From Tubulanus polymorphus (lineage: Eukaryota; Animalia; Nemertea), in contig NC_134025.1 of the NCBI RefSeq assembly GCF_964204645.1, positions 8,184,001 to 8,248,000 of the forward strand: a DNA stretch of 64,000 bases. The letters are read 5' to 3'. This document shows positions 51,501-64,000 of the stretch, in pieces (positions within the stretch are counted from its first letter, which is position 1; every line of letters starts with the position of its first letter). Below the pieces are notes generated by a model, which did no database searches, was not told the origin of the DNA, and was given only the letters and a program-made list of their open reading frames with translations. Both the position numbers and the translations under genes were made by a program.

Positions 51501-54500
51501 TTCGAAATGATTTTTCCAAAATCATTATCTTTGGGAATGTAAAGAAAGATTGTTCTTACCTTTTCTTTAATGCCTTCTTGCTGTGGTTGGGCCATCACGA
51601 CTTTCGTCCGAGAATCAAATAATATATCAGTTTTCCCTACAATGATAGCAAACAATCGATCAGTCACTCAGTATGTCCTATCCCAATAAGATATGACATT
51701 CTCAAGGCAGCATTCTGTAGTATATTCATGCATGACATTTCAAATAATTCAGAACTCTTAAAGGGACGTTAGTATACAGTCAAATGAGGGAACGCCCATT
51801 TTGTAGATGATACTAGTTTGTCACCTAACAATCCTGATTAAATTTCTTCAACAGTTATACGTTATCAGTATTGAAACCCAGCCTATGGAAAGTTGTATAA
51901 CTGAATTTTGCTGAATTGACAGTGCTGCCTTATTACATGGAAAATGAAAGCAATTGTTCCTTTGATCTTGTGAGCCTATATTGGCTATAACTATAGCGCT
52001 TATTTAATCATTAATATCAGAAAGTCTAAATTGAACTTTGGTTTTTGTACTCGCCATTCAAGTCAGTTCAAGTGCATGTCACATTAAAATCTCTTTGCGA
52101 AATGAGCAGTAATATTTGAAAGAGCAATCAGAGAAGTATTTTAAGAGCTGTTACACCATAAATAGCACCAAGATGTGCGTCGTTGTCCGGAAATATTATT
52201 GACGGGCAAATAACGACGCAAAATGTGACATTGATTCCTCCTGACCTCATTAACATTTTCAAAGTAATTGTTAATAACATTCATATAGAACCTATTCGAT
52301 TTTATCCATTTTTTTCTCCAGAATTTCCTGACCTGTCATAGAACTGTATAGTTAGAATGGGATAATTATGAAAGCGAACTACACATTGAAGTCATTATAT
52401 CCCACTGTTCGACCTGAATGCAAATTGATTGATCCGAAAATTTTAAATATGAACATGGATACATGACAAAGTTCAAAACAAAAACCAAGTACAAATCATC
52501 ACAAGTATAGAAGTAAGTACAAATACAAGTACTCAAAAACCAGAAGAACCGATCTATTGTCATAATCAGGCAGTGCCTGGTGGTGCTAAGATATGCAGGC
52601 CATAATACAAAGGTAAGCATATTTTGAATACATACTTTACCCACTTTGATTAGGCCTAATTACTACTTCACAACGCGATACTGTCCTTAAATTATTTCTA
52701 TCATTTTCTTCGAAGTGATCAAACCATCTACAAGAGATGTATAGGTCAAACTAACAGGAAGCGTAAAAGTTTTTAAAAAAGTGTCCCAGTTTCAAGCAGA
52801 GTACCATAGATACCAATATGTCATTAATCAACTACATGTATATAGTTTTTTCTATTTCTATTCATACATAATGTCAAACCTATCCTACCATGTAGAACAC
52901 ATTTTCAAGATTCTGCAGTCACCAATTTAATCTGGCTTTGACCAAAGACATAAATTGTAACTTACTCCCCACAAAGAACTCTTTTGAAATCAGCTAACAA
53001 AAAAGTACTGAAAAGTGACAACACAGTAAGACTTACCCGAAGAAATAAAATCCCACACTAGCAGCAGTTGGATAAATGGAAAGCTACTGCGATCTAAATT
53101 TTTAGGTTAGATGCAACTACATATTACAACATCTGCTATAGGCTGCGATATATTGATCATTGCATTATTGATTATTTGCGGACATTTTCTCTACCAGATG
53201 TTACAGACAAGTCTGAATAGATTGGTTCCATGTTTCCATTACACCGAGTACCCCTAATTTCCAAATATAAGTCCAAGTATATCTACGTTAAGAATTACAA
53301 ACATAGTTATCTTTACTGTTCCAAAGTTCAAAATAGGCCGAATTGCTAAAAATACTGCAAGCCAGCTAACTGAAAATTTCTAGGAATTCACTGATAAAGC
53401 ACTGCGTTCTATGGAATTAATAACCTTTTAATACATCAAGCAGGTTTTTAGCGGTACAGCAAATAGAGTTTTACATAAATAATCATTATCTATAGGGATA
53501 CATATAACCCTATCTATACTTGGTAAATAAATGGAACAACAGAAAGAACAGGTAATGATGACAGTCACTCTTTATTAGAATTAATTGCAAGTGTATAGTG
53601 AACCCTAGATAAGAGCAATATAAGACCCCAGATTAGAACTTATTCAAATGCCATTCTTCAAAATAATCCCTCATAACTAACATTTATAATCGAGAGATAA
53701 TAGCTAAGCTGTTGTAGGCAATAAAATTTAAGTTTTCAGATGGTTTTATCATAAATGCTCATCAATATTGAAGCGCATGTCTGATGAGGTGAAGGTCATA
53801 GACGAGATCAAATTACCATAGGCCCATTCATGTACTTAGCTATTAAATGGTCTTGGTCACATTCAATGAGTATTGTTTTGAAAAGCTGACTCAAAACAAC
53901 ACTTCACCTTCCAGCTCCAGATCAGGATAATAGGAGGGTACTTTCTGGTTGATGATCATTGGTAACTAATGAGAATTTTTCTTTTCTTCCTAGCCTTAAA
54001 CCCGTACACTATTTGGTCTAGTTTCATTGACCATTTCTTCCAGTCCACTTGTTATGTAAAATAAATACAATTTTGGAATTTTCAAAAGATTCATGTTTTT
54101 CATTATTGAAGCGCATGTCTTTGTGGCGTCACTGAGTCTATAGTATCTAACTGTTGTTCATAAAACACAAGGGTGACCTTTAAGATGTCTGGTGTATAGG
54201 GTATATATCCACAAAAACCTCTCACTTCTGCAGCAGCGAATGAGATGAATGAATTAAAGCAGCGGATTTAATACCAACATGTCATTCTTTCAAACCAATT
54301 CTACTTTACCAATTATTCATCCCCATAGGTTAATAGCAAACCAGAAATCAAAGAGAGCATCGTTAGACGATAAAAGATAATTTGGTACGGCTATTTGAAC
54401 CTGGGCCACAACGCCCTAATACTAAGCAAACCACTATTTACAGCCAAGCTTATGTCCAAAGTGAGCTCTTATTAGCGTGCAGTGAGTGTCGAAGGTGCGA

Positions 54501-56543
54501 ACAGAAAATTCCTCAAGTTAATCGTTTTTTCCATACCGTCTTTCTCAAAAAGTGTTGTTTAGGCTATATCCTGGACTGTTGTCACCAAAAATTGTTGGTT
54601 AAAAACCATACGCAAATGATGAACATGGATGGACTCCCGTGGACCACTTGTGGATGATTTTTGACAGTTGATCACAGGGCTCGAATTTCAAATTTTGGTC
54701 CCAAGGACATCTAAGATGATCTTTTTTAAATCTCCAAAGCTATGCTTTTACTTGCAGGTAACCCTCTAGCAATAAACACACTGGGTTAGTTTCACAAAAA
54801 GGTTCTAAGGCCTCCTCTTTAATTCATAGATTGATTCAATAAATCTCAATCAATTTAGGAATTAATCCTTTTTGTGAAACAGGGCCCCAATTTTCAATGG
54901 ACTCAAATAAATTTCCAAGTATAATACAAAATTTTTAGAGCTTCTTCAGACAAGATAATTAATTTTCTCAATGACAATATTTTGCATGATATTCTGTATT
55001 TGTTTCACACTGACTTATGATGCAAAACCTTTGTCGCTTAGTTGCCCTTTTTTATTTCAACTTGACTGATAGAATATATATATATTTTCAAGCTGTTCGC
55101 TTCAACTTTCGCTTCATTTGAGTGGGACAATTAGTAGGCCTAATATTAACATTAGCAAAATACCCATAGAATCCTTGATAGTAATCACCACTATCTGGCA
55201 TGATTGGTTATCGGATGAACCGTATAAGCGTTCATTGCCCGTTTGACACATCGTCGCGTATTGCTTTCCCTTATTTAAGTCGAGAAGATACACATGAGTA
55301 CGCCTGATGATGGCTAATAGTATTTAGCTGATACGTTGCTAAAAAAAATGTATTCTCTTCTATTCAGAATTTTTCATCTTTGACTGAATCATTTTACTGA
55401 ATCAACAACTATAATAGAACTTCTGAACTACCCGATTACCAATTTTACTAATAGTGAAGTATCTACCTTTTTAGATTATTTTTGCACATGTTAAGTATAT
55501 TATGTCTAAAATAGATCACATACTGGTATTACTATATGAATAATATTACTTTTTTAATGTCTCTCATACTGTACACGTTGTTGTATGTATCGTGTCTTTC
55601 CAGCTCAATGAGCGTTGTACTCTTCGGTACGAAATAAACAAACAAATTAGCCTAAAAAAAAATTTAAAAAAAATTGTGGGATTTCTCTCGGTTTCCTCTA
55701 TTTACCGACTTATTTCTACACTGATTTTGTTGGTATACTACCATAATGATATGTATATTTGATCAATCAGTTGCAGATACTGGCACAGGGCAACAATAGT
55801 AATGTATATCACTGAAGTATGTGAGTTCGGTGTGGCATAGGCTTTTAGGTATTACACACTAGGATGACTGTTAGTGACCATTCATCAGCAAGAACTTTAC
55901 TTTGGCACGTTTGAAATACAATATTTCAGAGGCTCAACCTTTACTGCTTAAGATGCTGATTATCGATGGAATGTGGATATATGTGCCACATTGCCGGAAA
56001 TAGCCATTATCTTTCAATGGTGGATTCAAAATCGCTCTAAGCTTCTTATTTCTAAAATTTTCTTGGGGGAGGACCCCAGACCCCCTCAATAAATGCTTCA
56101 TGCCTCTGCCTGCTGGCATGGGTAAATGCTGACAGCTACTGTCAGCTAGTTCAGGTATTTAATTTTAGGTCAAAGGAATACCGCCAATTTTAGAGATTGG
56201 TATTAATTATCATCTCTGACACATGCACCAGCGGCAAAGCCACGTGTTTCAAAAGGAAGAAGCCCACAAACATTAATAACAAGTCACATTGAATTGATTA
56301 TCATAATAATAACAAACAAGTCAACTGTCACTGTGGTCGTGGAGGAGGAGTGGAGAGTGAGAAACGAGTAAAAAACGCGGACTGACGACATTTTAACACA
56401 GCTAATTCATTTGCACCGGATTGATGACATAGCAGGGCCGCGATGAGTGAAAAAAATGCCATGTGGGATATCAAGAATCGCTTAACCATTTGCTAAAAAT
56501 TCATGACTTTTTTACCTGAATTTCCACTTGGTTTTCTCGACAT
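45560..56543 (-). CDS. SPATS2: SPATS2/SPATS2L-like protein (UBA/CUE-like N-terminus, DUF1387 coiled coil, S/R/P-rich tail)
   Basis: MSRKPSGNS (56543) / [21 protein letters not shown] / [30 protein letters not shown] / [10 protein letters not shown] / [17 protein letters not shown] / LSELRAEIK / [12 protein letters not shown]. Confidence 0.9.
54781..54890. mobile_element. Short palindromic MITE
   Basis: gtttcacaaaaagg ... cctttttgtgaaac inverted ends; a similar element lies near 36108-36244. Confidence 0.6.
55195..55415 (+). mobile_element. Penelope-like element terminal-repeat remnant with decayed minimal hammerhead motif
   Basis: TATTTAAG, then CTGATGA-tggctaa..ttagct-GATAC-GTT (55304-55337), then an A-tract; boundaries approximate. 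Confidence 0.5.
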
Positions 56544-57789
56544 TTTTCAACCGGATGTTTATAGAAATTTGAAAGCGCCGCGTATCGGACTCCGATTAAA
56601 CCTACTTGCCAGGGCAAACATTATGGACTTACTCCGACGCTATATTTGACACCGGAGCGGTGATGCGGCACGTCCAGATGTGTGATAGTGAACTAGCGTG
56701 ATAAGGATCTATGAGGAAAGACTTTAGAAAAATATCAAATACAGATACTTATAAAGTGTCGAGTATCTCGAGAAGATTGAAAGGCAGCCACGATTCCATT
56801 TTCGTCAATACCCCGGACGTGTGGGCCCCGATAACAAATTTGAGCCAAATGCTAGCAGAATTATTGGCTAACAGTATTTCGGTTAAACAACTATCTGAAT
56901 GATATAAAACCTGTACACTTTACTCGAAAAATGGGAGATCGATCCAGTTAATGGCCCCCTTGGCGACGTCGATCTAAATTTCGAGGCCCTGAAAGGATGA
57001 AGAGAGGCCTCGATTACTTACCCAAAACTATACAGCACGCGGCTCGTTGCTGGGTTCGGGTGATTCGTTATTTTCCTAACTTACCCTTCCCGCATTTTCT
57101 TTAATGCCAAATTGCTTACTTGGCAAAAAGCTGTTTACCCGCTGTTTCCCGAAAATCAATATGTATTGTATTTTCGGGGATCAAATGGTGCAGTGTGGTA
57201 TTCGATTGCAGTATAACTATAAGAACATCTGTTAAATAGGACGGAACTGCACATGTATTGTATGAAGTATTGTTCCCCCCAGTCTGTAACAGCTTTTGGA
57301 TCCATCCTAACCCATTCGGAAAAAAAACTCGCACAAATATTCAAACAATATTCAATATTCTGTTCCGTTCATTCCCCGTTCTAAGTTAGACTAGTTGGTC
57401 CATTTATCTATTCTTTTGCCAGAGGATTCATCCTTGTTACCATCGACAGGCTTGAATCTGCACCGGCCGCATACAAAATTCTGACTCGGCTCACCAGAGT
57501 GACACTCTGCCCGAAAGCCGGCACCGCGGCAGCGGCCTGCACTCCTCGATTGCCAAGGTGATTACTTGAGCAAGGGTCTCGCGTGAACGTCTAGCACGGC
57601 GTCAATACCTAGGATTTCACTCAATGCTACTTCAATACTCTTAAGAGTCCAAGAAACGTCGTTACTTTTAATATTTGATAGATAATTTCATTTTGACCTT
57701 TTGAATTTGTAAGTGAGGTTAGTTAAATCTTTTGATCTATTCGAATAGATGGCAGAATTAAACCCTGATTAGAGAATTGTAATCTCCAT

Positions 57790-57910
57790 GTCTGGGAGGG
57801 GTGGCTATTAACTTCGCATCTTCACCTGTCAAGGGATTCGAACCCGCTAAAGCCGTTCCCCGAACTTCGCTCGTGGAAGCGAGTGCGGTTCACAGTTGGC
57901 TGTACAAGCA
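57790..57910 (-). mobile_element. tRNA-derived SINE head or tRNA pseudogene
   Basis: GGGTTCGAATCCC B box/T arm, partial acceptor pairing GCTTGT/ACAGGT, non-canonical D and anticodon arms. Confidence 0.45.
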
Positions 57911-58649
57911 GTTAGTATTAAGAAATAAGTAAGTTGTACTGGTTGGTTGTACGAAGCAGAGCATTAAGGAATTCGGAATCCCCGGGGTGCCCCCGTGTCG
58001 CCAGAGAAGACCACAAGACTCTACTTCGAGGCTCTAGTAAAAATACATTCTAACATTCAAAGCCCTTTTGATTATGCACCTTTATTGTGCATGTTCTAAA
58101 CAATGAAAATCATCCACAAAATTCAGGAGTGGGCTCAACTCGCGGCGTTTTGAGCACGGGTAATCTGGGACGCTGTCAGGAGCAACCCGATTGTGGATCC
58201 AAATATCAGGTATTTGTAACTTCACAAACAAACATGGCGTCTGTCATAATTCTATAAATTTTGTACGAAGATTTGTCATATTTGTACTGATATATGCCCT
58301 GAGATATACAATAACGCTTGTTGGTAAGTAAGTTTAAAAGTGTTGATTCGAAGGATAATTATTTGAAGAATAGTCTTATGCTTATGCTAAGCTGATGCTT
58401 TCACATGTCTGTGAATGGTCGTGATTTCTGTCGATGTAACTCATTTATTCTTAACTTAAAACAACAAACTCGAAACTGTCAGACTGTTGTTTTCATAGTG
58501 TTGACGTTGTGACTTAACTGATACTAGACAAAGGGCTCATTTCTTTTTGGGAATTTGCTGACCAACGCAACATTATTGATCTAATAATAATATTAAGAAA
58601 TAATAATCATTACTCAGAAATGATATCATTTCTGTGATAAGGCTTCGTT

Positions 58650-58770
58650 CACAGGGACCTGACAAAAAAAAAATTTTGACCCCAGTATCCTAGGTACTAT
58701 ATATAAAAAGACTTTTTATATATAGTACCTAGGATACTAGGGTCAAAATTTTTTTTGTCAGGTCCCTGTG
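58650..58770. mobile_element. 121-bp near-perfect hairpin MITE with 8-bp TSD (P-element/hAT-like)
   Basis: CACAGGGACCTGAC...GTCAGGTCCCTGTG flanked by GCTTCGTT / GCTCCGTT. Confidence 0.85.
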
Positions 58771-59038
58771 GCTCCGTTAATCTATAGTTTTTTGGTTAGA
58801 GGGGATGGGATTTTAAGGGATAGGCTAGGACCTAGTATTAGGCTAGATGGCATTCGGTGAGTGTTAAAATATCAAATATAGGCCTAATCTCAATCTGAAA
58901 TGTTTCATCGCCATCTGCAAGATATATCCGCTTCCTTTTTTGTTATCAGTACTTTTGATATATCAATTCTTAAACTAATCCATTTTGATGATACTGACTG
59001 GGCTCTTTTTTCTTTAATGCTTTATTTTCTAGGCAAAG

Positions 59039-62000
59039 ATGAAAACAAGAATATGCAGGATGCATTGTGCAAAATTCATAGTGTTAATTTCTGTCACAGT
59101 GGTCGTCATTCTCTTAGGTTATTGGTTTACCGCTAGACGGACTAAGCAAAAAACCATTGATTTATTCAAAAACCAAAAAGCATTTGATGAAGCGAGGAGG
59201 AAATACATCGAGAAAGATAAATATAATCGCCAGATAATTCGTGTCGACTTGAAAGAACAAGAACGACCAGGAAAGACACACAATGAAAAATTGAATGTGT
59301 TTCATGGAGTTCATGCTAAAATAATCAGCGAGGGGTTGAATCGGCATCCAAGCAAATTACGTAAACCAGAAAAGCCACCAGATCAACATAGTAATCTGAA
59401 GGCAGTACTTGAAGGAAATGAGGTATTAGATAAACCAGATTCCTTAGTCGGTGGAGGGCATTTTTTGTTTCAAAGAGGTAAAAAGTTGCTTCCTCAGAAG
59501 ACCACAAAGAATCCCCTATTTGATAAATTCAATCAAAGGCAAATTGCTTTACAAAAGCAAGTGGAGAAAAATCGTTTGGTGCCGAAGAATGACATTGGAA
59601 GCCAATACAAGGTATTTGATGTTAACGGAAATCCAGTTGTTGGAGCGGACAAACATGGATTGCCTATCATTAGACGGGAAGACAAAGTAAAAGATAAAAT
59701 TTCTCTTGAAGATGATAATATAATAGCGTATAAAGGTGTAGGTAAAAAACCTAAATTGAAATTAGGTGATGGTAGTTTCTATTCTGATAAAAGTCTGCTT
59801 GATCCCGTAATATCTGATTCTAACATGCGAAAACATAGGAAGAATAAGAATGAGAACTACAAAGTAAATGAAAGGTTGAGAAAGCAGAAAAATCAAGACT
59901 CAATTCCTGGTAAAAAAGTTGATGCTAAATTTGGAAAACCTCACCTTCAGAATGAAAATCGGTTTGTCGACAAAAATGGTTATGTTTGGATAAGACAGTC
60001 GAGTCAAGGAAACATGTGGTTCAAAAACAATGATGACTTCATAACAAAAACTATAGAGGAGCTGCATAGAGGTAGTTATGTAGTGGTTAATGGGGGAAAG
60101 GAACTCACTGTTGATGGTGATCGATTGAGCAAGATGAAATATGCTGAATTTGGTGATCCAATCAATTATATCTTCTCATCTACCAGGTTCGTTTATACCT
60201 ACAATATTTGATTACCAATTGATTATTTCAGATCATGTTTACATATGAATCATGGTGATTTATCAAAACATAATATTTTGTTTTCACAGTTTACCAAAAA
60301 ATCCTAGATTTATGCCTAATGTGGGTAATGGACATATCGGAACAGTAGTTGGTGGTAATGCTATCTTTATGAATGGTGTTTATAACGGCCGACTTGGTGA
60401 GAGTCACCGAGCACGTATACCATCCATGTTAGCCATCAATATTACTTACATTCATCCACCAAAACCATATCAGAAATTTTACAGCTTGAACACAGCTCAA
60501 GGTAATTAATTAAATTCAATTCAGCGTTACAGTAGAGACTCATAACGCAGTTCTTATATTCATATATTGTGCTCCTAAGATACAACAAATTAATATAACC
60601 GAGACCTTCTTTTAACACTTTCTAATATAACCGAGACATTCTTTTAACACTTTCTTGGAATATACAATTTGATTTCGAGTACCTGTCATTTAATTTCAGG
60701 CATCTTTACTGAAACTACTCGAGGCTATGATTTTGTTATTGAACAAAGAACCTATGCTCATCGGCATTACACAAAATTGCTTGTTCATGAAATCGACGTA
60801 ATGACGTTGCAACAGCAAGAATTGCGCTTGTCATTGAATGTTCGTGACGGTCATATTAGTCATGATATCACATTTCAGGGCTCAGAACGGCCTTCTTGGC
60901 ACCTTAAACATGCCATGTAAGTTAAAGATTTATCAATCCCATCTATATTTCATCTTACAAAAGATATTTTATGAGATAAAGACCATCTGGTGAGGAGGAG
61001 AAAATTCTGAATTCATGTTTTACATGTTTTTCATTTTTATTAGGTATATGTCTGGTGAAATTCACAACACTGAAATTGAAGGCATGGATAGAACAAAGGT
61101 TCACATAGTCCATGATATTGTTAGTGATGAGATTATCATGTATAAGAATAAGACACGAATGAAATTTGTTTTCCTTGCATCATTAAGTCAAGATGAGGAG
61201 GACTGTATTAGCATGTATCGCCAAGGTAAGTTTATCATTTCTTTCTTTGATGATGATTACTACACTGTAAATAATTTATATATAATATATGTCATATATG
61301 ACAAATTCAATTATACACACTCACTTGCAAATATAGCAAACGTCCTTCATGATGAAAGAAATCTAATTTGATAATCAAGCAACTCGCATTCAAAAAATGG
61401 CAGCTATTGTTGCAGCTGGTACCCCTCCTATGCTTTATCTCACACCATCTGTCTTCATGATTCTTAATATAATTTCATTAAGAATCAATTTGGAGACATC
61501 TGTTGTTGTGGCAATAAATGACTGTACATAATGTATATGACACTTAAAGCATAAGCACTATCTATTTGTCATTGAACAACATGGACCACACAAATCTACT
61601 TAGCAATAGATGTTCTCTAACTGATCATTTATCAATACTGCTAGATGTATATATCCAAAATTAATTAATCTTGCAGTAAGCTTTAAGAATCCTATTTCCA
61701 TATATAGGGACAAATTGACAAATCGAATACCCATGTATGACAGTCATATCTATCAGTTCATCCTTAATTCTAAATGAAAATGAATAAACTAATTTATGGG
61801 AAGAAAATAATCAGTTAAAACTAATAATTTTATCAGTATTTGTTACGAGAATAATCCAGGCTATGAATTGAATATACTTCTGTCATATTCAGGTCAAGAA
61901 TTACTTGCTAACAACGATGTGCTCATGAAGCAGCATGTCTTGGCATGGTTTGATCTCTGGAATACTGGCCGTATCACTCTCGATGGAAATCTGCAATTGA

Positions 62001-64000
62001 GTCAAGGCATTTTTTCCAGTTACTATAACCTGTTGAGTGCTCTGCCTGTCAAAGATGATGAACAATGGCCATATGTTGGTCTTAGCCCAACTGGACTTGC
62101 CTATGGAGACACAGCAAAGGTATAAAATTTACCCGGTCTATGGTTAGTTGAAGATTTATATGATCATCACATTCATTGAACAACGTTTTGAAATGTTTCT
62201 GATTTTAGGACTATTTAGGCCATGTATTCTGGGACCAAGAAATCTGGATGTTTCCTAATATACTTTTGCTGTACCCAGAAATTGCAAAAATACTGTTGAA
62301 AGGGAGACTACGAAGGCATCGTGCTGCTCTGGAGAATGCTAAAATTAATGGGAATCATGGCGCACAATTTCCTTGGGAAAGTGCCTTGACAGGCAAGTCA
62401 ATATTCTTGCTCTTAGCCATTGTGCATTCTCGCTACGAGTTAGTTGGATGTTGATGAAATGTAGCTTCAATAAATTAATGAACATTGTGTATTTTGATTT
62501 ACTTTTAGGTGTTGAAGTCACCCCTGATGCTAAATATGGAAAAGATGAGATACATATCACTGGTGACATATCTTTAGCAATACGCCAATACATCTTTTTC
62601 ACCAGGGATGTACAGTTCCTTACAAATGGTGGAAAATCTTTGGTTGCAGATATTGCCACCTTTTGGATGAAAAGAAGTGTCTATAAACCAGCTACAAAGC
62701 TAAGGGAAATCTTAGGTAAGAAAAGATGGGGGAATTGATATGCTATATTTATATTCCATTTCAGTATCACTGCTGTATATCTTTACGACACGTAACTTTT
62801 GACAATCTCATTACAGCATTTTCCAAACCTTTCCGGATGATTTTTTGTCATGTTTTCTACTTATTTGACTTAGGGTAACTTTGACTGTGGTTTGTATATC
62901 ATATTTCAGATGTTATGCCTCCAGATGAGCATCATAACCATGTTGATAATTCTGCTTACACGAATGTAGTTGCCCAGATCAGTTTGGAGAATCCCTATGC
63001 ACTCACAGTCGCTGCAGGAATCTCTAAACTTAACAATGATTACCATAGAGCCTGGCTCAAGTAAGCAACTGTACTAAAATTAGAATTTTCTCTCAGAGTG
63101 GCTCATATTATTACTACTAACATGTGGTCATCGAATAAACACTATAATCCATGTACACTGTAGATAAATGAAGAAATCCCACACTTCGAATTAAATTATA
63201 CTGATGGAATTTATTATTTTGCAACCACATCTTGTGCGGTTTCGAAATAATAGATTCTATCAGTATAATTTAATTCAAAGTGTGGGATTTCTTCATTCAT
63301 TTTACTAACGTGTGCTCGTGATTTTTTCCTCAGTTATGCAAAACAAATGTATGTACCGTTTGATGAGGAGGAACAATACCACCCTGAGTTTGATGGCTAT
63401 AAAATGAACATGCCCATTAAACAGGCTGATGGTATCTTATTGGGATATCCATTGATGTATAATATGACTCCATCCATACGTCACAATGATCTCACTATCT
63501 ATGAAAAGGTGGGCTTTCTAATAATCGTTATCAAACTAATTTTAAACAATCGTCTTCAAAGGACATATTTTTTGGAATCATGCCGCTGCAATTCATTGTT
63601 TGTTTTAGGTTATTGAAGCATCAGGCCCAGCTATGACCTGGAGTATGTTCGCTATTGGTTGGTTAGAAATAAAGAGTCGAGATAAGGCCTGGCAAGTTTT
63701 CAAAAGGCAATTTATGAACATACATGAACCATTTCAGGTGCGAATGAAACTATTTTCAGCTGCTGAATATTGTGCATTGTTTTCAAGTTCAAGAGTATTG
63801 GTAACAATGTAGAAATGGTACAAATCTGTACCTGCAGAAATGATTGATATTTTTCATATTTTTATATACAGGTTTGGACTGAAACCAGCACAGGGGGAGG
63901 AGCAGCAAACTTCATCACTGGGGCAGGTGGATTTCTGCAGGCAGTCACATTTGGATATGTCGGCCTTCGGATATATGATGATCGCTTGGACTTTGACCCC
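59039..64000 (+). CDS. PGGHG: GH65 protein-glucosylgalactosylhydroxylysine glucosidase-like (acid trehalase-like) protein with N-terminal TM and stem; 3'-truncated by the window
   Basis: VGNGHIGT, YLGHVFWDQEIWMFP, GAQFPWES, EIHITGDI, VMPPDEH, VDNSAYTN, IKQADGILLGYPL, GPAMTWSM, WTE..GAANFITGAGGFLQ. Confidence 0.92.
60591..60655. repeat. 32-bp tandem duplication in an intron
   Basis: taatataaccgagac(c/a)ttcttttaacactttc twice. Confidence 0.85.
63160..63306. mobile_element. ~145-bp palindromic MITE in a PGGHG intron
   Basis: aatgaagaaatcccacactt..aattaaattatactgat / atcagtataatttaatt..aagtgtgggatttcttcatt. Confidence 0.8.

Noticed and set aside
57820-57910. Functional tRNA gene
   Set aside because: T arm is good but the D arm and anticodon loop are non-canonical and no clear Pol III terminator follows

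Overview
AT-rich, gene-dense animal genomic DNA with many short GT-AG introns, probably from an invertebrate (taxon not determinable by eye). Gene order: 3' half of an adhesion GPCR (+); then a minus-strand block of a D-serine dehydratase-like pseudogene, OTC, three SLC22 transporters (the third frameshifted) and an intact D-serine dehydratase-like gene; RPL35(-)/ARPC5(+) head-to-head; DNAJB11(-)/MCRS1(+) head-to-head; SPATS2-like (-); and a GH65 PGGHG-like gene (+) running off the end. Introns and spacers carry MITEs, LINE and SINE remnants and Penelope-like fragments. Main points of interest: a DSD paralogue with the metal-binding HxC changed to HSS, a candidate poison exon in RPL35, a U12 intron in ARPC5 containing a ~500-bp palindrome, a nested U12-type donor in MCRS1, a PGGHG-like protein with a type II membrane anchor and long stem, and two decayed hammerhead-like motifs. 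All exon structures were read by eye and no database searches were run.
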